NCBI GenBank assembly: GCA_963805855.1 | Contig: CAWDVW010000007.1 | Location: forward strand, 384,001 to 448,000 | DNA: 64,000 nucleotides | From: Candidatus Dadabacteria bacterium | GTDB lineage: Bacteria > Desulfobacterota_D > UBA1144 > Nemesobacterales > CSP1-2 | Direction of reading: 5' to 3' | Part shown: positions 1-8,097 of the stretch, in pieces | How the letters are laid out: every line of letters begins with the position of its first letter | How positions within the stretch are numbered: position 1 is the stretch's first letter | Position numbers and translations under genes: made by a program | The notes under the pieces: generated by a model | The model's database searches: none | Seen by the model: only the letters and a program-made list of their open reading frames with translations | What the model was told of the DNA's origin: nothing

Positions 1-880
1 GGTTTGCCATTGCAAATATAATCGGCTGATTAGCCATTGATTTCACCATTGCTTTTGTGACCATACCGGCTACTGAAAGGCCGAAAAAGATATCGGCACC
101 CTTAATTGCTTCTTCAAGAGTTCTCAAATGTGTGTCAACAGCAAACCTTTCCTTCTGGGGGTTCATTCCCGCTTCCCGTCCTTTGTAGATGACACCCCTG
201 CTATCACATAACATGATGTTTTCTCTGATAGCACCAAGCTTGATGAAAAATTCAGCGCATGAGATTGCGGCAGCCCCAGCCCCGCTGAACACGAGTCTTA
301 ATTTACTTAAATCCTTATTGGTAATTTCACAAGCATTGAGGAGACCGGCACCGGAGATAATCGCGGTTCCATGCTGGTCGTCGTGAAAAACGGGTATATC
401 CATCTCCTTTATCAGTTCACTTTCTATATAGAAGCATTCTGGTGCTTTTATATCCTCCAGGTTAATGCCGCCAAAGGTAGGTTCCAGATATTTTACTGTC
501 TTAATAATTTCATCAGGATCCTCTGTGTTAAGTTCAATGTCATAAGCATCGACGTCGGCAAAGCGTTTGAAAAGGACGCTCTTACCTTCCATGACGGGTT
601 TTCCTGCCAGCGCGCCAATATTCCCTAAACCCAAGACTGCGGTGCCATTTGAAATTACCGCTACAAGGTTCCCTCTGTTTGTATATTCATAAGATAGATT
701 TTCGTCTTTTTCTATCTCTAAACAGGGTTCAGCAACGCCAGGGGTATAAGCAAGGGAAAGGTCCCATTGTGTTTCACAGGGTTTGGTTGGCACCACCTCG
801 AGTTTTCCCTTACGCCCCATTCGATGGTACTCGAGCGCTGCCTGTTTCATATCCTTTTTGCGGCCGGGTGCTTTAGCCAT
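1..880 (-). CDS. maeB: NADP-dependent malic enzyme, N-terminal part (runs off the window start)
   Basis: Not in the ORF track. Manual translation from ATG 880 gives [53 protein letters not shown]..., with later [22 protein letters not shown] and GAGAAA motifs. GGAGG RBS upstream. Confidence 0.93.
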   Translation of the reverse strand, partial: MAKAPGRKKDMKQAALEYHRMGRKGKLEVVPTKPCETQWDLSLAYTPGVAEPCLEIEKDENLSYEYTNRGNLVAVISNGTAVLGLGNIGALAGKPVMEGKSVLFKRFADVDAYDIELNTEDPDEIIKTVKYLEPTFGGINLEDIKAPECFYIESELIKEMDIPVFHDDQHGTAIISGAGLLNACEITNKDLSKLRLVFSGAGAAAISCAEFFIKLGAIRENIMLCDSRGVIYKGREAGMNPQKERFAVDTHLRTLEEAIKGADIFFGLSVAGMVTKAMVKSMANQPIIFAMAN

Positions 881-938
881 AGTATGTTAGCCCTCCAAGA
901 TTTATTTAATTACGAATTTTTGTTCTGTATATTTCTTA

Positions 939-1160
939 TCAATTATGTCTGCAACCACAACTTGCTGGAGTACATGAACATCCTGACGCCATAGATTCAG
1001 AGAGAGAATCAGATTCCCCGGATTGTACGCCGAAGGTCGAGAACAGTTTTTTCAAATTGGGGCTCTCACAATTATCACATGCGACGTCGTTATCGGAATT
1101 TAAGACCAATTTTTCAAATTTACTACCACATTCTCCGCAAAGGTATTCAAAAATGGGCAA
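939..1160 (-). CDS. FmdB-family zinc-ribbon protein
   Basis: MPIFEYLCGECG...CDNCES..LKKLFS pattern with a Cys-rich tail. TTG start at 1160 follows a GGAGGTG RBS (the ORF track starts at 1169). Confidence 0.85.
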   Translation of the reverse strand: MPIFEYLCGECGSKFEKLVLNSDNDVACDNCESPNLKKLFSTFGVQSGESDSLSESMASGCSCTPASCGCRHN

Positions 1161-1331
1161 TTTTCTCACCTCCCAAGTTAAGTCGGGGAAAATAAAGTAT
1201 AAATTTTAAATGTAAGTAGTCAATAGAGGGTATATTATAACGTAATTGGGAGCACGCGAGCAGAGTTCTACTGGATATTTCGGGGACAGTCTTTCAGGTC
1301 CTAAATGGGTATTCAAAAAACCAGCAAAATT

Positions 1332-1359
1332 GTAGGGAACTCAGATCTGCGTTCCGTAT
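1332..1359. repeat. GTAG-type REP palindrome (family A), degenerate copy
   Basis: GTAGGGAACTCAGATCTGCGTTCCGTAT, compared with the perfect copy at 39872-39899. Confidence 0.85.
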
Positions 1360-1380
1360 ATTAATGTGAAATCAGTCCGG

Positions 1381-2136
1381 TTAAAAGCTCTTCCAGAAGT
1401 CAATTCCTGCAAGGTCGAGTACCTTCTGACCATATATGTTTAAGTAGAATAGACTGTTTGTCACCATCAGTATTCCAACGGCTACAAGTGTTCCTCCTAC
1501 TATGAACTTGTAGAAACCGTAGTGCCTCTTAATCCAGCCGAAAGCCCCGAGGGCCGTTGAGAGCGCGAGTCCCGTGATTATAAACGGTAAACCCAGTCCC
1601 ACGGAGTACACGAAGAGCAACGCCGCCCCTTTCCCTGCTGCTTCTGTCGTGCTGGCATATAGGAGGATCGATGCAAGTATCGGTCCAACGCAGGGTGTCC
1701 ATCCGAAACCAAACGCGAACCCCAGAAGAAAAGTGCCTATCAGACCGAGATTCCCGTGCGGCAAGTGAAATTTGCGTTCTCTGTAGAGTTGTGGAATTTT
1801 TATTATATCCATTGAGAATAAACCGAACAGTATTATCATTATTCCGGAAATTTTTAGCAGAAGTATTTTGTTTTGTCTTAGAAATACTCCCATATAGGAT
1901 GCGGAAGCGCCTAGTAATACAAATACTACTGAGAAACCGAGTACAAAAAAAATACTGGGGATCAGTATCTTCTTTATTCTATTCTCGGCGGAGCATTCGG
2001 TTAGTTCGTTAAACGATAATTTCGAAACAAGCGATATATAACCGGGAATAAGAGGTAGCACGCATGGAGATAGAAATGATACAACACCCGCGAGAAATGC
2101 AAAAATCCAACTGACCTCTCCAGCCGGAGCCGTCAA
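1381..2136 (-). CDS. ccdA: cytochrome c biogenesis protein CcdA (DsbD-like transmembrane domain)
   Basis: SFLSPCVLPLIPGY and FGWTPCVGPIL motifs; about 6 hydrophobic segments. Confidence 0.93.
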   Translation of the reverse strand: MTAPAGEVSWIFAFLAGVVSFLSPCVLPLIPGYISLVSKLSFNELTECSAENRIKKILIPSIFFVLGFSVVFVLLGASASYMGVFLRQNKILLLKISGIMIILFGLFSMDIIKIPQLYRERKFHLPHGNLGLIGTFLLGFAFGFGWTPCVGPILASILLYASTTEAAGKGAALLFVYSVGLGLPFIITGLALSTALGAFGWIKRHYGFYKFIVGGTLVAVGILMVTNSLFYLNIYGQKVLDLAGIDFWKSF

Positions 2137-2654
2137 TCTGAAATCTCCTTTAGATATTTGATAAAGGTTTTTTCTCCCTCTTCGCCGAGGAACGGACCGT
2201 AGTTCTTTTTGCTGATCTTGCCGTCTTTATCGATAAAGAATGTTGCAGGGAGGGCAACAACTCCGTACGCATTCGACACCTCACCAGAGGGATCGTGTAG
2301 GATCATATACGTGATACCAAAAGCCTCTACAAATTTTTCTGCTAAGCCTTCCTCGTCCATGACGTCGATGCCGATAAAAACAACCCCTTTATCCTTGTAC
2401 TCCTTCCATGTATTCTCAAAAAACGGCATTTCCCTTCGACATGGGGTGCACCACGATGCCCAAAAGTTGAGGACCACCGGCTTTCCCTTGAAATCAGAAA
2501 AGGCTACTTTGCCTTTTCCATTGAGTGGGGGAAGAGCGAAGGTCTTAGCATCCTGCCTGTCACCGCTTGAAGTGGTCTTGGTTTCTCCCCTTTCGCATGA
2601 CCCGATCAGAATAAGAGCGCATAATGTGATCGACAGATATAGCGGATTTCTCAT
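2133..2654 (-). CDS. TlpA/ResA-family thiol-disulfide oxidoreductase (lipoprotein)
   Basis: VLNFWASWCTPCRREMP motif and LIGSC lipobox. ATG 2654 follows AAGGGGG; overlaps the ccdA start. Confidence 0.9.
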   Translation of the reverse strand: MRNPLYLSITLCALILIGSCERGETKTTSSGDRQDAKTFALPPLNGKGKVAFSDFKGKPVVLNFWASWCTPCRREMPFFENTWKEYKDKGVVFIGIDVMDEEGLAEKFVEAFGITYMILHDPSGEVSNAYGVVALPATFFIDKDGKISKKNYGPFLGEEGEKTFIKYLKEISD

Positions 2655-2877
2655 GAAAATCCCCCTTTTGGTTATAATAACTGATAAATACCGTGACATT
2701 AAGTTTCCCCTTTGTTGGCAAAAATTGAGTAAACAATATAAGCTATAATTGCAGATGTTGGAAGTGCAACTAACCGAGCGAGGATAATTTCATACGCAAT
2801 TGTCCGTCTCACTCCGTGATCCATCACTCGCTACGTTTCCATATAAAAGCGGAATAAAAATAACTGAGTTTAATAAC

Positions 2878-3492
2878 TCATTCAACAGATTGTCGAATCT
2901 TTAGAAGGTGGTCGCTGGTTAAATCCTCAACGGTGTCTACGTCTCTTAGCATTTCTAAACACTCGGACTTAATGCCATTGTGTCGCAATCTTTTCATAGT
3001 CTGATCGAATACGAGATTTGTGCTCCAGTCGATCTCATGAAAAACCTCCGGGATCAATCTTCTCAATCCAAGAAGATAATACCCACCATCAAAGGAGGGA
3101 CCTACGACCGCCTCCGACACCTCGAGTTTTTCGAAGGCCTTTACGATCGTCTCTGTTGTGATTTGAGGGCAGTCCGTTCCAATGACGACTGCTTTTGCCG
3201 CTCCGAGTGAGAAGGCATGACTGAAGGCATTGGACATCCTTTCCCCAAGTGAATTCCCTTTCTGTGCCATGAATGATAAGCCATTAAATTTCAGCCAGCG
3301 CACGACATCGTTTGTTCTTTCAGGTGGGTCGAAGAATATAATCTTCCTATAGTCGGCCAATTTCGATAAGTTGTAGATGAGGCTTTCCGCCATCTTTCTG
3401 TATAGCAGAGCGGCATTTTCTGAACCTATATTTTCAGCGAGCCGAGTTTTTACCTTCCCGGGCTCTGGATACTTAACAAATATTAGGAGCAT
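2878..3492 (-). CDS. DUF2064 / TIGR04282-type CofC-like glycosyltransferase (arsenosugar-cluster associated)
   Basis: IFVKYPEPGKVKTRLA, QKGNSLGERM, IGTDCP, GPSFDGGYYLLG, WST and LRDVDT motifs. Confidence 0.88.
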   Translation of the reverse strand: MLLIFVKYPEPGKVKTRLAENIGSENAALLYRKMAESLIYNLSKLADYRKIIFFDPPERTNDVVRWLKFNGLSFMAQKGNSLGERMSNAFSHAFSLGAAKAVVIGTDCPQITTETIVKAFEKLEVSEAVVGPSFDGGYYLLGLRRLIPEVFHEIDWSTNLVFDQTMKRLRHNGIKSECLEMLRDVDTVEDLTSDHLLKIRQSVE

Positions 3493-3516
3493 AGGATTTA
3501 TGTGGCTTTACTTCTG

Positions 3517-6039
3517 CTAACAGCAGGTTCCTCCGTCTACGCAGCATCTATAATCCTCGTTCACCTCTCTCGTAGGATCGGTAATAATAAACATCCCTTC
3601 ATAGGGAGGTTTGGCGAGTTTTTCTGCCGTGTCCGTGCAGATCTCCACGGATTCATTCCGGGGGAACAGATGGCCTTCCTCGTCGGCGATGGCTTTTAGC
3701 GGTCCCAGGTAAATTGCGCTCTGACCGATGAAGACGCATCCTGCGCTCTTTTCGAATTTATAACCCCTCACCGTGATCGAATAAAACCGATGGTTTTCTA
3801 CTGTTTTCCAGTAAATCTTGTTCAGGAGCTGTAGCCCGTAGAACCCTGCCTGTTCCAGGTATGAAATAAACTGCTCCTCCGTTAAAGATCCCGCGATACA
3901 TTCGCCCCAGAGTTCGTCATTTGTCACGATATGTTCCGGGACCTCCCTTTCAGAGATAATATCGGAAAGGACAATTCTTCCGTGATTCTTAAGTATACGC
4001 CACATCTCGGAAAAGACGCGCTTCTTGTTGGGTGAGAGGTTGATCACACAATTGGATGTGATTAAATCTACCGTCTTGTTTACAACGGGTATTTCTTCCA
4101 GGAATCCTCTCCTGAATTCTACGACGTCATAACCGAGATTTTTTGCAACAGTCGGTTTACATTCGTTTGCGATTCCAAGCATCTGATCCGTCATATCGAC
4201 TCCGATTACCCTGCCGTTTTTCCCAACCTTCTTTGCGGCGATAAAGCAATCGATTCCGGCACCGGAGCCGAGATCGACCACGGTCTCGCCCGGCTTTACA
4301 TTCGCAATGCTGATCGGGCTTCCACAGCCGTAGAATCTCTCAATGACATCATTCGGTATATGGCTGATGTCTTCTCCGGGATAGCTTGTTGGGCAGCATA
4401 GCTCCTTCTGAGGCTCCTCGGCTGCCCTTCCGTAGAACTCTCTGACAACTTCGCGCGACTTGTCAATATCAAACGTCAACACACAGTTTGAGTGGGATAA
4501 TTCAATATTGAATTCCGAGATTCCTACTGCCCCGCCATTTCGAATCCCATTTCCATTCATCTCATTCATGCCGCACGAGACAGCGCCTTCGCCCATCGCC
4601 AAAAATACACGGGGTGCATCGAAACCCGATTTATTGTTATGTTCAATTGCCTTTTCTTCGGCAAGCTCTAACAGGGTCCGGACTATCATGTATTCATGAA
4701 GGTCGGAGTAGGGGTCGGCTCCGGCTAGATCCCTTTTGCCGAAAGTGGCTCTGTTGTAAAAATAGGAGTGCTCGATGTCGCCACCCCCGCATATGAATTT
4801 CAAAAAGCAGTTGCTGCACTTTGACCTGTTCTGGACGGTCGCGCCTCTGAACATCTCAAAAACCTTGCTCTCTTCCCATATCTTCTTAAGTGACGTTTCT
4901 TTTATACTTCCTGAGCTTAATTCCTTCGTATTCGCCAGCGCTGCAGAGGGATAAACCTCGCCGTCGGAATAGACGCAGAGGCTGTCCCAGCATGAATTGC
5001 TGAGATCAAACTTCGTGAACTTTCTTGTCCTCAGCTTTGCCCTTATGGTTTCAAAATTATCGACAGTAATGCCAAGCTCGTCCGCGGTTTTCTTAACCTC
5101 TTTCACCACCTCAATCAACTCATATGTGGGAACAACCAGGTTCCTGCCGCCATTCATTATCCTTCCTGTCTGGTGTACCCAGAGCAGGTGATGGTTATTT
5201 ACGCCAAGCCGGGCCAATAGCCTGGTGATATCGGGCACATCTTTGGCATTGTGGGAATTTACGACGGTGGTTACCGTTGGGCTGAGTCCGGCCTTAACGG
5301 CCGACTCGATTCCTTTCGTAATTTTCTCAAAGGTTCCTTCACCCCTGATTGGATCATTTGCATCGGCATTCGAGCCATCGAGGCTGATCTGTGGCTTTAC
5401 GCGACCTCTGCCTGCTTCCAATAGGAGATCAATGTTGTGTCTCTTATTAAAAGACATTCCGTTGGTCAATATTATTAGCTCGGAATATTCATCGCGCGTA
5501 ACATATTCGATCAGCTCGAAGATATCCTTTCTTATGAACGGCTCACCACCGGTAAAGTAAAACCTGAATACACCGAGCTCTCGGCCTTCATCTATTATGC
5601 GTGTTATGCTGTCTGTCGGTAGACCCTTATCTTCCCAGGGTCCGGAGCTTACCAGGCAATGGGCACACTGGAGGTTACAGGAGTTATTGGTGTGTATCCA
5701 AAGCTCGCTTAGCCGGTCGGCCTTCAAGTATTCACCCCGTCCCCTGTAAGGCGCCCTCACAAATGGGTTGAGAGATAAGATCTTTTCCCTCAAAGCATCC
5801 TTTACGAATGTATTGACGTGTACCCAAGCTTTGGTTGTGCTTAACCCGAATTCCTTCGCATATAGTTTTACGATGTCATTGAAATTTCTCTTACCGTCCA
5901 TGTAGCTGAAAATTCTGGCGCCACGGGAATCTGTGCCGATCCAGTTTGGTCCTTCAGGGTCGATCAGGACGTGAAGATCATTCAGATGAATATCTGAGTA
6001 GGGTGGGGCGTGCAGGATTGATTTTTCAGATAAATCCAT
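3517..6039 (-). CDS. fusion: PqqD/RRE-like domain + radical SAM/SPASM + arsenite methyltransferase (ArsM/AS3MT-like)
   Basis: Radical SAM motifs CNLQCAHC and FTGGEP; SPASM-like CSNCFLKFICGGG. ArsM hallmarks VREFYG..LCCP, FYGCGSP, VVDLGSGAGIDC, SNCVINLSPNK, WGECIAG. C-terminal CC...CC. Confidence 0.88.
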   Translation of the reverse strand: MDLSEKSILHAPPYSDIHLNDLHVLIDPEGPNWIGTDSRGARIFSYMDGKRNFNDIVKLYAKEFGLSTTKAWVHVNTFVKDALREKILSLNPFVRAPYRGRGEYLKADRLSELWIHTNNSCNLQCAHCLVSSGPWEDKGLPTDSITRIIDEGRELGVFRFYFTGGEPFIRKDIFELIEYVTRDEYSELIILTNGMSFNKRHNIDLLLEAGRGRVKPQISLDGSNADANDPIRGEGTFEKITKGIESAVKAGLSPTVTTVVNSHNAKDVPDITRLLARLGVNNHHLLWVHQTGRIMNGGRNLVVPTYELIEVVKEVKKTADELGITVDNFETIRAKLRTRKFTKFDLSNSCWDSLCVYSDGEVYPSAALANTKELSSGSIKETSLKKIWEESKVFEMFRGATVQNRSKCSNCFLKFICGGGDIEHSYFYNRATFGKRDLAGADPYSDLHEYMIVRTLLELAEEKAIEHNNKSGFDAPRVFLAMGEGAVSCGMNEMNGNGIRNGGAVGISEFNIELSHSNCVLTFDIDKSREVVREFYGRAAEEPQKELCCPTSYPGEDISHIPNDVIERFYGCGSPISIANVKPGETVVDLGSGAGIDCFIAAKKVGKNGRVIGVDMTDQMLGIANECKPTVAKNLGYDVVEFRRGFLEEIPVVNKTVDLITSNCVINLSPNKKRVFSEMWRILKNHGRIVLSDIISEREVPEHIVTNDELWGECIAGSLTEEQFISYLEQAGFYGLQLLNKIYWKTVENHRFYSITVRGYKFEKSAGCVFIGQSAIYLGPLKAIADEEGHLFPRNESVEICTDTAEKLAKPPYEGMFIITDPTREVNEDYRCCVDGGTCC

Positions 6040-6332
6040 AATTGTTCCTCCGGTATTAATTGCGGTTTTCTGATCTGGTAAAAATTCTTGTATCGCCTCG
6101 TTTAAGCTTACTATAATCTGACCAGAATTTCACATAAGCGACAGTATGTCGCCTATTTTGGCGTATTTAGCCGCAAATAGGATGAGATTAAGATGAAAAA
6201 ATGAACACAAAGTTTCGCAGATTCTACTTAATAACAAAAAAACGCGGCCATTCTGCTTTCCTCCCCATGTCCCCGTTCGTACGGTGGGGGTGATTATTCA
6301 TTCCCAGCAAGTGTCACGAAAAGCCTTTTACT

Positions 6333-6391
6333 GCCATTGCGAGAGACTTGAAAAGCCTCGAAGCAATCTCCAACGGTATTGGCACGGCGTT
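6333..6391 (+). repeat. GTCATTGCGAG...CGAAGCAATCT repeat (family B) with TGGCAGAGCGTT-like tail
   Basis: GCCATTGCGAGAGACTTGAAAAGCCTCGAAGCAATCTCC...ATTGGCACGGCGTT; matches the copies at 37032 and 37590. Confidence 0.8.
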
Positions 6392-6421
6392 AAAACTGAC
6401 GATGTCTGTACCAGTCTTTCT

Positions 6422-6480
6422 GTAGGGACTGATCCCCGATTAGTCCATGTATCAATGCCCGTTTGTGAAACGGGCGCTAC
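6422..6480. repeat. inverted doublet of GTAG-type REP hairpins
   Basis: GTAGGGACTGATCCCCGATTAGTCC on +, and GTAGCGCCCGTTTCACAAACGGGC on - (6457-6480). Confidence 0.7.
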
Positions 6481-6538
6481 TTTGGTTAATTAATAAGAAC
6501 GAAGCCTTGGGAGGATGTGGAGGGGAGGAAAAGGAATT

Positions 6539-7012
6539 TTACTGCTCTTTTTTGTCCTCTTCCAATACTATTACTTCCAGCTGTTGGGCCTCTATTTCAT
6601 TTTTCGACCTTCTATAAATACCGCCGACCACCATGAAGTCGTCTTCCTCGACAACCCACGACGTAGGTATCGAAACATCAATAAAGTTGCCGGCGCGATC
6701 GGTGAGTTTAAAAACAACTATCGGAACACCTTCGTCCGTTTTTGCTTCGTTAATGTCGTGCGCAACGCCTTCGACGGCTACTTGTGCGCCATCAAAGGCG
6801 AGGGGATTAATAAGTATCCTTTCTATTGTTGTTCTAATACCCGTGACCTGAGGCGCCAGGATTTCCTTTTTGCCGCCGCAGGCTGCGATTGAGAAGATAA
6901 CTAAAAGTGAGGGTAGTAATTGTTTTAGTAATTCATAAAGTCTATGATTATTAATGTTAGCTCCGTTAAGTATCGTAAGAAAGTTTTCTACTTCGATTAT
7001 ATAATTTTCCAC
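6539..7012 (-). CDS. hypothetical lipoprotein, probable OB-fold (start uncertain)
   Basis: SIAAC lipobox followed by I..IL.NP..FDGAQVAVEG.....FKLTD..G, an OB-fold-like pattern. Confidence 0.65.
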   Translation of the reverse strand: MENYIIEVENFLTILNGANINNHRLYELLKQLLPSLLVIFSIAACGGKKEILAPQVTGIRTTIERILINPLAFDGAQVAVEGVAHDINEAKTDEGVPIVVFKLTDRAGNFIDVSIPTSWVVEEDDFMVVGGIYRRSKNEIEAQQLEVIVLEEDKKEQ

Positions 7013-7101
7013 TTGAGAGTCAATACCGAGGCAACGAATTAACTTTCAAATAGATTTTAATGTGAGGCAATAGTTACCGGATGAAAAAGTAAATGATCAT
7101 G

Positions 7102-7129
7102 GGATTGCTTCGCTAACGCTCGCAATGAC
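7102..7129 (-). repeat. family B repeat, compact copy
   Basis: GGATTGCTTCGCTAACGCTCGCAATGAC. Confidence 0.85.
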
Positions 7130-7180
7130 GAGAATATGAAGCTATTCGCAGTAACAGTAAAAAAATGTAATATTACAATC

Positions 7181-7999
7181 ATGGAAACCAATAATATGGA
7201 TTTATTTGAAGAAAGTGGCTTTGGGATTGCAAGGATAAGAATCAAAGAAAGCGATAGTAATTATAACTACATAATATGGTGCAGTGAAACGCTTGAGAGT
7301 GCTGTAATAGATCCGCTTAATGCGTATACAATACTCGACTTCATAAGGGGACGAGGCCTGACGGTTCGTTATATTATAAACACGCATGCTCATCCCGATC
7401 ATGTTGAAGGTAACAACGCGATACTAAAGGTTACCACTTCAAAAATTCTCATACATCCGAAGGGTACGGAATTCGTTGCACCCAGACACGAGACAATAGA
7501 AGAGAACAGTGTCATCAATATCGGGAAGCAACAAATAAATGTCATTTATACGCCGGGTCATTGTCCTGAGCATATTTCATTAATCTTGGGGAGCAATATT
7601 TTTGTCGGCGACACATTATTCTTATCCGGTTGCGGCACCACAAAATTCAGGGGGGATGTTGACGAGCTTTATGAAACTATTGCCTTTAAATTAAGGACCC
7701 TTCCGGATAATTTTAGGATTTTCTGTGGGCACAATTATGCTGAGAAAAACTTGCTGTTTGCCCTGAATATTGAGCCTGAAAACAGAGCAGCAAAGGCTAA
7801 GCTTGAAGAGGTGAGAAAGTTTTTTGACAAAGGCAAAGAACCTCCACCCACAACCATTGGAGAAGAAAAGCAATATAATCCATTTCTCAGGTTTGATGAG
7901 GCTTCCCTGATTACTGAAATAAAAAAAAGGAAACCTTCTCTTGAACAAGAGCCTGAAACAATATTTCGAGAGCTTCGAGAGATGCGGAATAATTGGTGA
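7181..7999 (+). CDS. gloB: hydroxyacylglutathione hydrolase (glyoxalase II), metallo-beta-lactamase fold
   Basis: THAHPDHVEGN, TPGH, GDTLF..GCG, CGHNY and TIGEEKQYNPFLR motifs. Start probably 7181 or 7196 rather than 7136. Confidence 0.88.
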   Translation: METNNMDLFEESGFGIARIRIKESDSNYNYIIWCSETLESAVIDPLNAYTILDFIRGRGLTVRYIINTHAHPDHVEGNNAILKVTTSKILIHPKGTEFVAPRHETIEENSVINIGKQQINVIYTPGHCPEHISLILGSNIFVGDTLFLSGCGTTKFRGDVDELYETIAFKLRTLPDNFRIFCGHNYAEKNLLFALNIEPENRAAKAKLEEVRKFFDKGKEPPPTTIGEEKQYNPFLRFDEASLITEIKKRKPSLEQEPETIFRELREMRNNW

Positions 8000-8006
8000 C
8001 ATAAAA

Positions 8007-8034
8007 GTAGGGAACGCATATATGCGTTCCCTAC
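8007..8034. repeat. GTAG-type REP, perfect 28-bp palindrome (family A)
   Basis: GTAGGGAACGCATATATGCGTTCCCTAC, 7 nt after the gloB stop. Confidence 0.95.
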
Positions 8035-8081
8035 ACTAATACGCATCCAATAAAACCACTTTCATCGCAATCGCAATTATT

Positions 8082-8090
8082 TGGTATAAT
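8082..8090 (+). promoter_or_regulatory. extended -10 promoter (TGnTATAAT) for metH, probably leaderless
   Basis: TGGTATAAT lies 7 nt before ATG 8098; no SD sequence. Confidence 0.6.
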
Positions 8091-8097
8091 CTTAGCC

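Noticed and set aside
939-1000. Cys-rich FmdB tail as RiPP precursor for the RRE-radical SAM enzyme
   Set aside because: Such tails are normal for FmdB-family proteins, and the gene is three genes away with its own upstream gap.
3500-3530. Selenocysteine or readthrough at the end of the radical SAM-ArsM gene
   Set aside because: The stop is TAG followed shortly by TAA; there is no in-frame TGA in the gene.
6284-6493. Short ORFs in repeat-rich gaps (also 36985-37173, 21052-21252, 7057-7245)
   Set aside because: They are translations of repeat elements or antisense overlaps, with no RBS or protein-like motifs.
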